This document shows, piece after piece, positions 1-12,630 of a stretch of 64,000 nucleotides of DNA. The DNA is from Octopus vulgaris. Its lineage: Eukaryota. The notes under the pieces were generated by a model. It saw only the letters and a program-made list of their open reading frames with translations. It was not told where the DNA came from and ran no database searches. Each line of letters opens with the position of its first letter. The stretch's first letter is position 1. The DNA lies in the NCBI GenBank assembly GCA_951406725.2, contig OX597815.1, forward strand, positions 163,060,001 to 163,124,000, written 5' to 3'. Made by a program: the position numbers and the translations under genes.

Positions 1-87
1 TGTGATCCTCTCCGGATATTTGTCTTTAAAGACGGTCTCACACGGTTTGCCACCTGCAGATATTGTGAACCTAATACCAGTAACATT
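1..87 (+). CDS. TTLL6: Tubulin polyglutamylase (TTLL6/TTLL13-like) coding exon A, 5'-partial (starts before window)
   Basis: Frame 1 reads CDPLRIFVFKDGLTRFATCRYCEPNTSNI, matching the TTL-domain segment CDPLRIFVYxEGLARFAT. Ends at donor ATT|gtaagt (88), phase 0, joining in frame to the exon at 7164. Not in the ORF track. TTLL6 vs TTLL13 cannot be separated by eye. Confidence 0.92.
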
Positions 88-641
88 GTAAGTTCTATTG
101 TACTTCATTCTTTTTACTTCATCATATTTTTATTCCAATGTAGAATAAATGAAATCTTTTTTATCAAGCAGGATTGAATAATTTGCTATGTCCACCTATT
201 TTTAAGACAGTTTGGTAAAAGTTTGTGGAAGTCAACAGTGTACTGGAGCAGTTGTCATGTTTGGTTGAAGCTTAACTTGCATTCTTCTAGTATGACCACT
301 AAGCGAATTTGCAAACATAGGATGGTCATAGCTTGGCTGCTTTGATCTTAAGTTTGTTTGGTCAGAGCTGACTTGGTAATTCTTTTAATTTTGGTCATTC
401 CTTTAGATCTACTAGAACTAATCAAAATTTCTCAATGGTTTCTGCTACAACTTTGGAATCAATCTCTGTATTTGATAACAGTAATCATTATTCCTGCTTT
501 GACCAGAGTCTAGTTCTTTTTTAATTTATTATCCATACTAGAACCTTGATTCCAACAAATCCTTACACTGTAGTTCAGTTTCTACACTGACTATTGTTGG
601 TATTAACTATAGTTGGTCATGCAAATGACATTATACATATA

Positions 642-1187
642 CAGGGTTATTCAAAAAGAATGAACCAATTTCATTATGCAATATTTTAATAAGGAAAAGC
701 AATAGAAAACTCCAGCTAAGTCTCAAGTATTTACTCACAATCAACTTTCGTTTCCTGTCTTACTAGTGTTTAATGTGGCCACCACCAGCAGCAGCACAGT
801 CAACATCAATGCAATAAGAGAATTCCTCCCAGACATGTATCAGCATATCACGATCCACTGAGTACTTCTTTGGTGGTCTGGTTGAATGCTTTATCGAAGT
901 TTTTCCATTTCCCTTCTATGTCAATATCTTCTGGAATTGCCTCTAGCAAAATCAAATTTATTTCTTAGTTCCATAATGAACTTGCTTTTGATATGCTGAT
1001 ACGCGTCTTGGAGGAATTCTCTTATCACATTGATGTTGCCCACACTGCAGGTGATGGCCACATTGAATACTTGTAAGTCAGGAAATAAAAGTTGATTGTG
1101 ACTTGTGACTTAGCTGGAGTTTTCTATTGCTTTTCTTTATTAAAATATTGCGTAATGAAATCAGTTCATTCATATTGAATAACCCTG
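642..1187. mobile_element. Foldback/MITE with ~200-bp inverted arms, Tc1/mariner-derived
   Basis: Termini CAGGGTTATTCAA...TTGAATAACCCTG flanked by TA; arms ~642-848 and ~991-1187 are imperfect reverse complements. Confidence 0.85.
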
Positions 1188-1730
1188 TATATATATTAAA
1201 GATAAATTTCCAGATTTTGGTAGGCAGGGATACAGAATCCAAGTGGGTACCATAGTTGCTTTTACCAGTTATTAATGCTGGCTAACCTCAGTGAGTGTAT
1301 AAAAAACTCCAGTTAGTTTCATTTACTAACAAACATACTTAAGGAAACCTGATACTAAGCTTTAATACTACCACTCACCATTTAAGCATGGTCTACGTCT
1401 GCAGACTGCTAAAATTCATTGGACAACTAGTTATTTTATTTTTAACCAGCAGAGTTGAAATGGTCAGGATCTAGGTTATTTTGGGAACAATGACAACACC
1501 ACATGTATGATAGATTTCGGCTGGACTTGTATTTAATTTAGATTCTATTTGAACAATGCAGTTGACTCCACCCTAAAGAAGCAACAATTAACAATGAATA
1601 CACATAAAAGTGCAAATTTTGTTTTGTGCGTTAATTGCTACAGAAACATATACAAGTGTAGAAATAAAAAGAAGTAATTAACTGCTGAATAAAACTTGAT
1701 ATAAATCTCTGTTCTTCTTAATTATATTTT

Positions 1731-1774
<44 letters not shown>

Positions 1775-1777
<3 letters not shown>

Positions 1778-2790
1778 AGGTGCTAACAAAAATTTCTGGA
1801 CTAGTTATGTTTAATAAAAAATAACTTATTTATCTAAGTTTTAGCATTATCATCTTTGAAATAGTCACCTTGAGCAGCAATACGCTGGTCCCAGCATTCC
1901 TGCCACTTTTGGAATATGGTTGGGAAGTCATTTTCCATAAGCAAGTCAAAGATCTTCAGTGATTTGCTCTTGATCTCGACAACGGTGTTAAAACGGTGAC
2001 CTTTGAGCTGCATATGCATCTTGGTGCTAAATATGGCGAATATGCAGGAAGTGATACCATATTGTTTTTTGACGAGAAACTCTCGAGTGAGGAGAGCCGG
2101 TGACAGGGTGCATTGTTGTCATGAAGAATCCAATTCTTTGCACTCCACAGATCCAGACACTTTCCCTGAATGTCCTCCCTCAAATGCTTTAAAATGTCGT
2201 TGATTGCCCTCCAGCAATTTTCATGCATAAACTGATGAATCTTCTCCTCATTTTCGGTAGGGTGATGCTCATGGCAAGTCTTCCAGATCTCTCATCGTCT
2301 TCCAATTCTGAAGTGCCTGTGCCACTCAGAACATTGTATACGACCCTGATGTAATCTCCAGGGATACAGGCATCCAGCAACAGGACCTCCGTAATGCTAT
2401 GATAGACCGTGAAGTCTGGTGTAGCATGGTAAATTCCATTGTCTTGACCACGGTCGAACAATAATAAATAATAATAATAATAGTATACGACCCATTACCT
2501 TGTTGCCATAAGCATGCCAGAGTATGCTGAATGTCTCTGTAGCAGACCTCCCAAGTTTAAAATTTCATGTTGGCGCTTTGATCCAGCTTCCTGTCCATGA
2601 TAAAAATCGTAGACTACAGCATATATATAACAAAAACACAAATTTCACAACTTGCAAAATAAACACAGCAATGTCACTTGGTCTACTGCCTCATGAAGGT
2701 TGCTGCTAGCTTTCATTGTGCACTCAACCATGTGCTGCCATCAGTTGGCATGTTGCAGAACTAGTCTGGAACATTTTGATACCACCTCAT
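1775..2790 (-). mobile_element. Degenerate mariner transposon
   Basis: Minus-strand broken frames give WILHDNNAPCH, AYSPYLAP and FQKWQECWDQRIAAQGDYF; imperfect ~30-bp TIRs at ~1775-1806 and ~2759-2790; frameshifts and deletions. Confidence 0.85.
2347..2482 (+). mobile_element. 5'-truncated non-LTR retrotransposon 3' end (RTE-like) inserted in the mariner relic
   Basis: Reads DVISRDTGIQQQDLRNAMIDREVWCSMVNSIVLTTVEQ* followed by an (AAT)n tail; 11-bp TSD GTATACGACCC at 2336-2346 and 2483-2493. Confidence 0.8.
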
Positions 2791-2792
2791 TA

Positions 2793-2899
2793 GAAGCAGC
2801 TCAAGGGATATAAACAATATCAAACACACATACACAATGCATGTGTTACATATTTTGTGTATGTGTGTTTGATATCGTGTATATTTCATGGGCTGCTTC
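2793..2899. repeat. Imperfect hairpin, ~45-bp arms
   Basis: GAAGCAGCTC...ATATCAAACACACATACACAA (2793-2837) is mirrored by TTGTGTATGTGTGTTTGATAT...GGGCTGCTTC (2855-2899). Confidence 0.75.
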
Positions 2900-2973
2900 A
2901 TATTTGAATTTTTTGTCCATGGCATGAAACATTGAGACATACTAGCTGATGGTTCTTACACCATTTTACATAT

Positions 2974-3391
2974 AGGCAGAGGAGTGGCTGTGTGGTAAGT
3001 AGCTTGCTTATGAACCATAATGTTCTGGGTTCAATCCCACTGCTTGGCACCTTGGGCAAGTGTCTTTTACTATAGCCTCGGGTCTACCAAATCCTTGTGA
3101 GTGGATTTGGTAGACGGAAACTGAAAGGAGCCCATTGTATATGTATGTGTGTGTGTGCGTGCGTGTGTGTGTGTGTGTGTATTTGTGTGTCTATGTTTGT
3201 CCCCCCAACATTGCTTGACAACCGATGCCGGTATGTTTACTTTCCTGTAACTTAGCAGTTCGGCAAAACAGACCGACAGAATAAGTACTAGGCTTACAAA
3301 GAATAAGTTCTGGGGTCGATTTACTCGACTAAAGGCAGTGCTCCAGTATGGCCACAGTCAAATGACTGAAACAAGTAAAAGAGTAAAAGAG
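2974..3391 (+). mobile_element. SINE family A (tRNA head, CORE-like body, internal (TG/TA)n, (GTAAAAGA)n tail)
   Basis: A-box TGGCTGTGTGG, B-box GGTTCAATCCC, CORE-like CACCTTGGGCAAGTGTCTT. About 20 full or partial copies in the window; partials at ~10440-10757(-), 11470-11650(+), 12385-12790(-), 20830-21300(+), 21770-22110(+), 25190-25345(-), 27583-27730(-), 43990-44150(-), 46545-46790(+), 53275-53415(+), 54453-54610(-). Confidence 0.9.
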
Positions 3392-3676
3392 TTATAGCCT
3401 TAGAGGGCAATTTAGCTTACATCAGGCCTCATTTCAAACACGCAGTATTGACAATTCACAAAAATGACAAAACATCGATGTCTATTGTTCCTGAATGGGA
3501 CCAGATGCAATTATCTTGCTTGCTTATGGCTTTTAGGTGTTTTAACACCAGGCAAATTGATGAGAATATATTCCCTTATGCCTATAAGTGCAGCCTACAC
3601 ACAAACTAGCAGAACACATTGAATAAAACACTTGAATAAAATAAATAATGATGAGCAAAATGGGTAGTAGTAGTAA

Positions 3677-3707
<31 letters not shown>

Positions 3708-4016
3708 TTAAACAAAATGTAAAAGTATGTCGGTGCATAACTTTTGGCCAACTCTGTATACAGCGAGAAGGAGTGGGGGAGGGTAAAGCCATAAAGAATG
3801 AGGGTGCTTTTTCAACAATATCATAGAAAATAAATATCGTTGAAAATGTTTCTTCCCTCTTTATGACATTTTGTGTATCAATCTGTGATTAATATACCAA
3901 ATTTACTACTTGGTGATTAACTCTGCATTTATAATCTGTGCCTGTCACAAGAGAAAATAACAACCTGTGTGTATTACTGCAATCTTTACAGTGAGTACTT
4001 TAAAAGATGTTTACCT

Positions 4017-4245
4017 ATTTCTTTACTACCCACAAGGGGCTAAACACAGAGAGGACAAACAAGGACAGACAAATGGATTAAGTCGATTATATGGACCCCA
4101 GTGCGTAACTGGTACTTATTTAATTGACTCCGAAAGGATGAAAGGCAAAGTCGACCTCGGCGGAATTTGAACTCAGAACGTAGCGGCAGACGGAATACCG
4201 CTAAACATTTCGCCCGGTGTGCTAACGATTCTGCCAGCTCGCTGC
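4017..4245 (-). mobile_element. SINE family B1 (~230 bp, tRNA-derived)
   Basis: Minus strand GAGCTGGCAGAATCGTTAGC...GAGTTCAAATTCCGCCGAGGTCGAC...CCCCTTGTGGGTAGTAAAGAAAT; imperfect 19-bp TSD at 3998-4016 and 4246-4264 (17/19). Confidence 0.9.
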
Positions 4246-4731
4246 CTTTAAGAGATGTATACCTTGCTTTACTTAATAATCTCATATTTTCCTTCATTTT
4301 GGCTCTGTTGAAGATGTCATTGTGTGGGTTGCTTCCTATCTATTCACTTGATCAATTGATCAATTGGTAAAATTGAACCATGAAAGCACCCAAATGCATA
4401 GCAGAAACAACTGTAAGCCTATAAATAAATAAATGTATACAACCCATTATTTCTATGATGGTTTCTCTCACTAAAGATTATGTATGTGTTCAGCTTTGCC
4501 GAACAACCTGCACAAATGGTTTGTGTATAGTATATTATCTTGTAGCTTTGAAATTTCAAAGATGTGATTGTTTATTTTTATGACACTGCAGGGTAGGTGT
4601 AAGAGGCTGGATCTGGCCAGTTTGAACAAAAAACAGGTAAAAATATTTGAGCCGGATATAGCCTGTGCAAATGTTAAAGGGTGAAATTGATATAGTTTTG
4701 TTTGCTGAGATTATAAACAAAGCCATGGTCT

Positions 4732-4787
4732 GGGTGTTTCTAGCTGATGAGACACAACAAGTTGAAACACCAGTGTCCCAGAATCCC
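4732..4787 (+). ncRNA. Type I hammerhead ribozyme motif (intron 1, sense)
   Basis: CUGAUGA 4744-4750; stem II GAC/GUU with loop ACAACAA; GAAA 4764-4767; stem III ACAC/GUGU; GUC triplet with cleavage after 4777; stem I UUCUAG/CCAGAA (one A.C mismatch) extended by GGG/CCC. Confidence 0.78.
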
Positions 4788-5120
4788 TTTCACCAATACT
4801 GTGAATGTGTTAAGAACATGGTGGGATTGTAAAAGGGAGAAGTTGTTATCCTGTGACATATACAACAGCAACTAGCACATTTTCATTTGAATCTACTTAT
4901 GCAAGTCATAGCTTTAATTGAAAAACCTTTAATCAATATTTCATGTAAGTTTATATTCCAAACACTAGCTTAATAAGAAGAAAGCTGTTTTACTAATCTT
5001 TTATTATTTTGAAAATGAACGAAACAATGGCTGTGTATTTCCGCAGAAATACGGTCGGAAAAGGGTTAAGGAACAGGTTGCCATGAAATTTCTGCTATGT
5101 ATTTACTCTGTAATTATCTC

Positions 5121-5163
<43 letters not shown>

Positions 5164-5475
5164 CACTACTACTGCTGCTGCTGTTGTTGTTGTTGTTAAG
5201 CAACAAGATGGGTAAGGGTGATAGGTGATGGTCTAGGGCTTAGAGACAGGAGATCCCAGACCTTGGAAAAAAAAACTTTGGTCGTCTTGTTGCAGTCGAA
5301 GACTCTTCGTTGATGCCCAACACGACTGGGAGGTGGCCCTCGAAGTCGCTGGAAATGGAGATCTCCAGGTCCAAATTCTTGAACGGCTGCTTCTGCTGCT
5401 GCTACTACTACTACTACTACTACTACTACTGCTAACACCACTGCTGCCACCACCACCACCACCACCACCACCATT
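5121..5475. repeat. Compound trinucleotide tracts (CTA/CTG/TTG and CTA/CCA) flanking a ~190-bp unique segment
   Basis: Direct reading. Confidence 0.9.
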
Positions 5476-6744
5476 TTGGCTAAGTTTGTTGTTTAGTCCA
5501 CAAGTCACCTCTTAGCTGAATGAACAGTTCAATAATCAGAGATAATCCTCTCATGATTATCACATCTTATTTTCAAGCATTGTGTCAAGAACTACTTTAT
5601 TCAATCTGCTTTTTTTTTCCTTCTTTTTTTTTTCCTAAGATGAGAAGGTGTAATATGAAGAAGTTTTGGCGAAAAAATACTTTTCAGATATTTAGTTATG
5701 TTCTGTCTGCACCCAGATTTCTTAAAGAAAAGAGAGAATACATTAGGTTATGTAATATTTCATAACCATAAAAAAAGGCAGGATGATAATGGCTGGAATT
5801 CTTTTGATCATTGTTCTGCTCAATCAGGGTTGACCCGGGGCTAAAAAACAAGAACAGCAATGAACAGGAATTTTGAAGTAATCACATTCTAAATGTACGT
5901 TGTGTTAGTAGTTCCATATGAAGTATCTAAAATTATATAAAATAAAAACAAATTGATTGCAATTGAACTATTTGTACAAGAGTATGTTCAGCCTTTAGTA
6001 GAGAAATAAGGGCTTTCCAACACAGCTAAGTAATTTTACGTCTCTCATAAATTTAATGAGATTTAATGAGAAATTTGCCGTGGATTTCTTATGGAACATC
6101 TTTGTTCTTCTAGAAAGATAAAAACCAATATGGTATAGGTTAAATTAGTCTTTATTCTAGCATACCTTTCAAAGACTATTTGGAAATTTGGATTTAGCTT
6201 AGAATGAGGTTGGTACTTGCAGATTGTTTGAAGAAAGAAACTGAGGAAGAAGGAGAAAAAAAAATGTGCAGCCTTTGATATATAGAGAAGAGATAAATCT
6301 GTGTAACTAAGAATACAGACAGGGCCTGTAATAATAATCCTTTAGATAAATTAGAGAGGTTTGAAGGTAGAGAGAAAACCTTAAATTGGCATAATGGTGT
6401 TTGATGAGGATTTTGCTAATGGATGCAACTACATTTCAGTAGTTTTGTAAGAAGTCAATTTACCAGTTCAAAAGGTTTGCATTTATTCTCTTTGAGGAGA
6501 GTCTTGCGAGGAATTTTGGTACCATAATTTCTCAAAATGTGAATCTTACACACACATATATTTACAAGCTTTGATTCCATCTTCAATCCACTTTATACTT
6601 TAAGTATGAAATAAAAATGTCTAATTGGAATCATAACTAAAATTGCCGTATTTCTTATTTCTTATTTGTAACCGTTGTTCCATTTATACTTTATTACATA
6701 ATACGAACTTACATCCTCCACCATTTCATCTTGCTCTCCTTCTG

Positions 6745-6750
6745 TATCTG

Positions 6751-6801
<51 letters not shown>

Positions 6802-6842
6802 ATCTATCTACCTATCTATCTATCTATCTATCTATCTACTAC

Positions 6843-6911
<69 letters not shown>

Positions 6912-6930
6912 CATCCATCCATCCATCCAT
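6745..6930. repeat. (ATCT)n/(ATCC)n microsatellite
   Basis: Direct reading; ~230 nt upstream of exon B. Confidence 0.95.
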
Positions 6931-7163
6931 CTGTCTATCTCTCTTTCTCCTTCTCCTTCTCATTTATTTCTCCTGTTTACTTTTATTTTTCCCTGCCTGT
7001 CTCTCTTTCCTTCGTTGGTTTATTTTTGCCTCTTATCTGTTGTTTTACATAATTATATCCTGTCCAAACTTTACCTCATGGCTATTTCTCTCATTATCCT
7101 TTTCTCCTCCATGTTCCCAAACAATCCGCTTACACTCTCTCTCTTAACGTCTTCCATTTCCAG

Positions 7164-7249
7164 GATAATGTCTACATGCATCTCACTAACTACTCAATCA
7201 ATAAACACAGTGAAGATTTTGTCCGAGATGACAATGCTGGCAGCAAAAG
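7164..7249 (+). CDS. TTLL6: TTLL6/13-like coding exon B
   Basis: Acceptor ccatttccag|, 86 nt reading DNVYMHLTNYSINKHSEDFVRDDNAGSK(R) with the TTL hallmark HLTNYSINK; donor AAG|gtaagt; phase 0 to 2. Not in the ORF track. Confidence 0.95.
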
Positions 7250-8242
7250 GTAAGTAGAAAAATCATTACTGCTCAATTATATGATAACAGGAATTTTCTC
7301 CTAATTATATCCTTAGATGTATTTTGTGTGCATGCGCATGTGCATATGTGTCTGTGTGTGAGTGCATGTGCCTGCGTGAATTATCTTTGGAATTTTCTTC
7401 ATGGAACCAACCACTACCATATATTGTTTACTCTTCCCTTCATTAAATCGTTATGATTGCAATACATTAAAAAAAAAAATAGGAAGCTTTTATTTTCTTT
7501 ACAAATGTTCATTTTTGATAACATGCAAGACAATTTTGGTAATAGTGTTTTTCATCTTTTAGTTATATTTAGCTGCCTTCATCTTTACATGTGCATATAT
7601 ATGAGAAAGTATCGGTTATACTGATGAGGATAAGTAATAAGTAAGGAGAATGGGTGTTGCTTACTTGGTGGCATCCTTGGGGTTGTATACGGTGGCCAGG
7701 GTAGATGATATCAGTCAACATTGTCATTAGTTAATTAGACAAGATGCAAGAAAGCTGAAAGGTATTATATTTAAAACCAATTTGAAAGCAGTAAACATAT
7801 AAAACAGCCTGTTGTGCTGACACTCGCAAATTATACGAATGTGACAAAATCTCTTTACATTCAATCAATTAGATGGCAAACTGGCAGAATTGTTAATGCA
7901 TCAGAAAAAATTGCTTTCTTCTGGTTTTTAACATTCTAAGTTCAAATCCCACCAGGATCAACTTTGCATTTCATCCTCATGGGGCTGGTTGGGATGGGGG
8001 GGGAGTGCAGTTCAATGAAATAAATTCTCAGTCAAGCACTGGGATCTATATATAATCAACTGACTGCCCTCCACCTGAAATTGCTGGCCTTGTGCCAAAC
8101 TGTGAAACAGTTACTATCATTCATTCAATAACTGGCACTCCGTCGGTTACGGCGACAAGGGTTCCAGTTGATCCGATCAATGGCACCGCCTGCTTGTAAA
8201 ATTAACGTGCAAGTGGCTGAGCACTCCACAAACATGTGTACC

Positions 8243-8457
8243 TTTTTTTTTACTACCCACAAGGGGCTAAACACAGAGAGGACAAAGAAGGACAGACAAA
8301 CGGATTAAGTCAATTATATCGACCCCAGTGCATAACCGGTACTTATTTAATCAACCCCGAAAGGATGAAAGGCAAAGTCGGCCTCGGCAGAATTTGAACT
8401 CAGAACATAGCACTAGACGAAATACTGCTAAGCATTTCGCCCGGCATGCTAACATTT
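8243..8457 (-). mobile_element. SINE B1 nested in a family C SINE
   Basis: Perfect 16-bp TSD CACAAACATGTGTACC at 8227-8242 and 8458-8473. Confidence 0.92.
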
Positions 8458-8804
8458 CACAAACATGTGTACCCTTAACGTAGTTCTCAGGGAGATTCAG
8501 CAGGATACAGAATGTGACAAGGCTGGCCCTTTGAAATACAGGTACTACTCATTTTTGCCAGCTGAGTGGACTAAAAAGCAGTAAGTAACAGAATTGCTGC
8601 TGCAGCAATTGAAATGCCTTCTCAGTATTCAGTTATACTCCTTTACATCTGTTTGGTTTTCATTCTCCCTGGATTGATGAAGTAGACTGTCTATCAAGTA
8701 CTGGACTGAGAATACATCATCTATATCTCTTCCTTTCTGTAGGCTTTTCTTTCCACAGATAAACCTTATCTGCTTTCCTCTTTACACTTTACATCATGAC
8801 ATTT

Positions 8805-8968
8805 CTGTGATACACGATCCCTATTGATCGTTTTTTTTCTTTCCTTTTTACGATCCCTTTTGATCGAAAACCTACCCCACTTTTTTTCTTTTTCCTCCCC
8901 AAAAAGAAAAGCTCTACTTTGTAATTTGTCCCGTCTGTGTTCAGCCCTGTGTGGCTAATAAAGAAACA
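8805..8968 (+). mobile_element. LINE-like 3' UTR fragment sharing its terminus with SINE B1
   Basis: Ends TTTGTCCCGTCTGTGTTCAGCCCTGTGTGGCTAATAAAGAAAC vs B1 TTTGTCCTCTCTGTGTTTAGCCCCTTGTGGGTAGTAAAGAAAT; the upstream part is unrelated to B1. Confidence 0.6.
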
Positions 8969-9239
8969 TATTTTTGACCTTGTCACTTATTTAGAAATTA
9001 TTATTAATGTGTCAAGTGTGATGTATTGACAGAATTCCTAGGGGAACAAAGAAAATGTTTTTCAGTATTAAGTTATATCCTCTTATATTTTGAATTTAAA
9101 TTACATTGAGGAAAACTCTGCTTTTCCTTCTTCAGAGTTTGCTAAATCAGACTTCCAGTTTGATATAACTAACCACTGTCATCACTATTGAAACCTTATG
9201 TTGAGTTGGGATATTATCATTGTTGCTATTATTATCATT

Positions 9240-9715
<476 letters not shown>

Positions 9716-9754
9716 TATTATTATTACACTTAGCAACATTTCATATGTCTTTAT

Positions 9755-10132
9755 ATTCTAAGTTGAAATTCTGCTGGGATCAACTTTGCCTCTCAACCCT
9801 TCAGGGTTGATAAATTAAGCATCAGTGAAACACTAGGGCTGATGTAATCAACTAGTTTCCTCTCCCACATTTTCAGGCCTTGTGCCTATAGTAAGAAGGA
9901 ATATTATTATTTGTAAGGCAGCAAGCTGGCTGAATCATTAGCACACCAGGTAAAATGCTTCGCAGCATTTCATCCGTCTTTTCATTCTAAGTTCAAATTA
10001 CGCTGAGGTCAACTTTGTCTTTCATCCTTTTGGGGTTGATAAATTAAGTACCAGTGAAATACTGGAGTCAATGTAATCAACTAGTCCCCTCCCACCAAAT
10101 TTCAGGCCTTCTACCTTTAGTTCAAAGGATTA

Positions 10133-10200
<68 letters not shown>

Positions 10201-10415
10201 TGTCCTTTAAGGCAACATGCTAGCAGAATCGTTAGGACATTGGGCAAAATGCCTAGTGGCATTTCATCCATCTGCACATTCTGAGTTCAAACTCTACTGA
10301 GGTCGACTTTGCCTTTTATTCTTTTGGGGTTGATAATATAAGTTATGCACTGGGTCAATGTAATCAACTTACCACCACCCCAAAATTGCTGGTCTTGTGC
10401 TAAAATTTGAAGACA
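9755..10415 (+). mobile_element. Three head-to-tail SINE B2 copies separated by (ATT)n
   Basis: B-family head with the alternative tail ...CCCCAAATTTCAGGCCTTGTGCCTATAGTAGAAAGGATTATT. Other B2 copies at ~7873-8112(+), 14342-14555(-), 36950-37160(+), 47440-47665(-), 52030-52240(-), 56228-56445(+), 57375-57600(+). Confidence 0.85.
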
Positions 10416-10522
10416 ATTGTCCTAAGGTGGTGGGTGAACTGGTGGACATTAAAGCATCGGTTGTCAAGCAATGTTGTGGGGACAAACACAGACACACAAA
10501 CATACACACACACACACACACT

Positions 10523-10554
<32 letters not shown>

Positions 10555-11349
10555 GACATATATATATATACACATATATATATATACATATATACGGCGG
10601 GCTTCTTTCAGTTTCTGTCTACCAAATCCATTCACAAGGCTTTGGTCGGCCCGAGGCTATAGTAGAAGACACTTGCCCAGGGTGCCATGCAGTTGGACTG
10701 AACCCGGAACCATGTGGTTAGTAAGCAAGCTACTTACCACAAAACCAGTCCTACGCCTTGAATAACATTATTCAATGTGTCTTCCATCTTTTTTTAAAAA
10801 TCAGCCGAATGTGATTTGAAAATTTCATTGCTATTTCTAGTCGGTCAAACGACCACACAGAGGTTCACTTCTTTGCTTCAATAGTGAGTGAGTGTTTGCT
10901 AGATTGGTTTAATCCAGAATATTAGCTCAAATGATAAAACCTGTGACCTGGCAATGTGAGCTACCACTCCTCTCTACATGGAACTAACTGCAGAAATTTT
11001 TGGGAATGAAAGAAGACTACCTACAGAGTGTGTTGTGTTAATGTACTGAATGCATTGACTAAAATAACACACACTAAGTGTTATTTTTGTCATTGAATTA
11101 TTGACAGAATACATTGTTATTGATTCAATTAAAGTAAGAATTTTTTTTTTTGATGATGATGCAGCAAATTACATTTCAGTGTATGTGTGTAACAATAGCA
11201 GGTTAATAATGAAACAATAGCCAAGTTAGTTGAATGCATTTAATGCAAGGTGCATTAAAAAGCTTGCTAATACAAGTGTAGGAATGGCTGTGTGGATAAA
11301 ATGTTCGCTAGGTGATTGGAATTTGGTAGTCAGACTGAGTTCATATATA

Positions 11350-11429
<80 letters not shown>

Positions 11430-11924
11430 TGTGTGTATGTGTGTGTGTGTTTATATATATATATATTTTACACATACACACACATATGTTTACGTCCCTG
11501 TAACTTAGTGGTTCAGCAAAGGAGACCAATAGAATAAGTACTAGGCTTGCAAAGAATAATTCCTGGAGTTGATTTCTTTGACTAAAGGTGGTGCTCCATA
11601 ATGACTGCAGTCAAATGATTGAAATGAGTAAAAGAAAAGAATAAAAGAATTTATATATATATATATATATATATATAGGGAGAGAGAGAGAGAGAGAACA
11701 ATAAGAAAATTGAGGAGATCAATAGGTGGTATTCATCAACTTTTAGATATTATATTATGTCAATTTATTTATTTACTAAAAGGACAATTATAACAATATA
11801 CATACATGTATAACATATGCTTTACATATATAATATATAAAATACAAAAATATCAGTAATTATTAAAATATATAACATAGAGCAATAGAAATTGGATAAC
11901 TATTTTCCCTGTTAACCTTCCTCT

Positions 11925-12382
11925 GATATTGCTGCATCTCTTATATGTCTATACCTTACACTGGGTACAGCTTATGGAGTTACTACCCATGCCTTTTCTA
12001 CAGATTGAGCAGAGCCATCTACCTGAAGGGATTTGTGATTTATCTGCTCTCCTACTTACTAAGACTTTGATTTTTGCTACATTAACTCTAAGGCCCTTTT
12101 GATTCTAGACCTTGCTTCCAAGCCTGAACTTTCTTCTCTAGTTCTGGTAGTTATTTGGCTATAAGAACAAGGTCATGAGCATAGATGAGCTCCCAGGGGC
12201 AGCCTGTCTTAAATTCCTCTGTTATTGCCTAAAGGGCTATGATGAAGAAGACAGGGCTGAGGACTGATCCTTGGTGAACACCTGCTTGTACCCTGAATTC
12301 ATCACTACTTTTGTTGCTAACCTTCACCTTACTGATGGCATCCCTGTATATGGCTTGTGCAACTCACCAACCACTCATCTAT
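11925..12382 (-). mobile_element. Degenerate RTE RT fragment
   Basis: Diverged copy of 43450-43921 (GVHQGSVLSP, GCPWELIYAHDL). Confidence 0.85.
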
Positions 12383-12594
12383 CAGACTGTGGTCATGCTG
12401 GGCTAGTGCCTTGAAGGGCTTAGTCTCATAAACCTATCCCAGTACTCATTTTAAAGCCTGGTTCTTATTCTATCAGTCTCTTTTTTGCCAAACTCTAAGT
12501 TACAGTGACATGAACAAACTAACACTGATTGTCAAGTGGTGTGTGGGATGACAAACATAAAGACACACGCATACACATATATGCATGCATATAT

Positions 12595-12630
<36 letters not shown>

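Noticed and set aside
6643-7257. 204-aa ORF as a gene
   Set aside because: Mostly (ATCT)n translation; the real exon at 7164-7249 is in a different frame.
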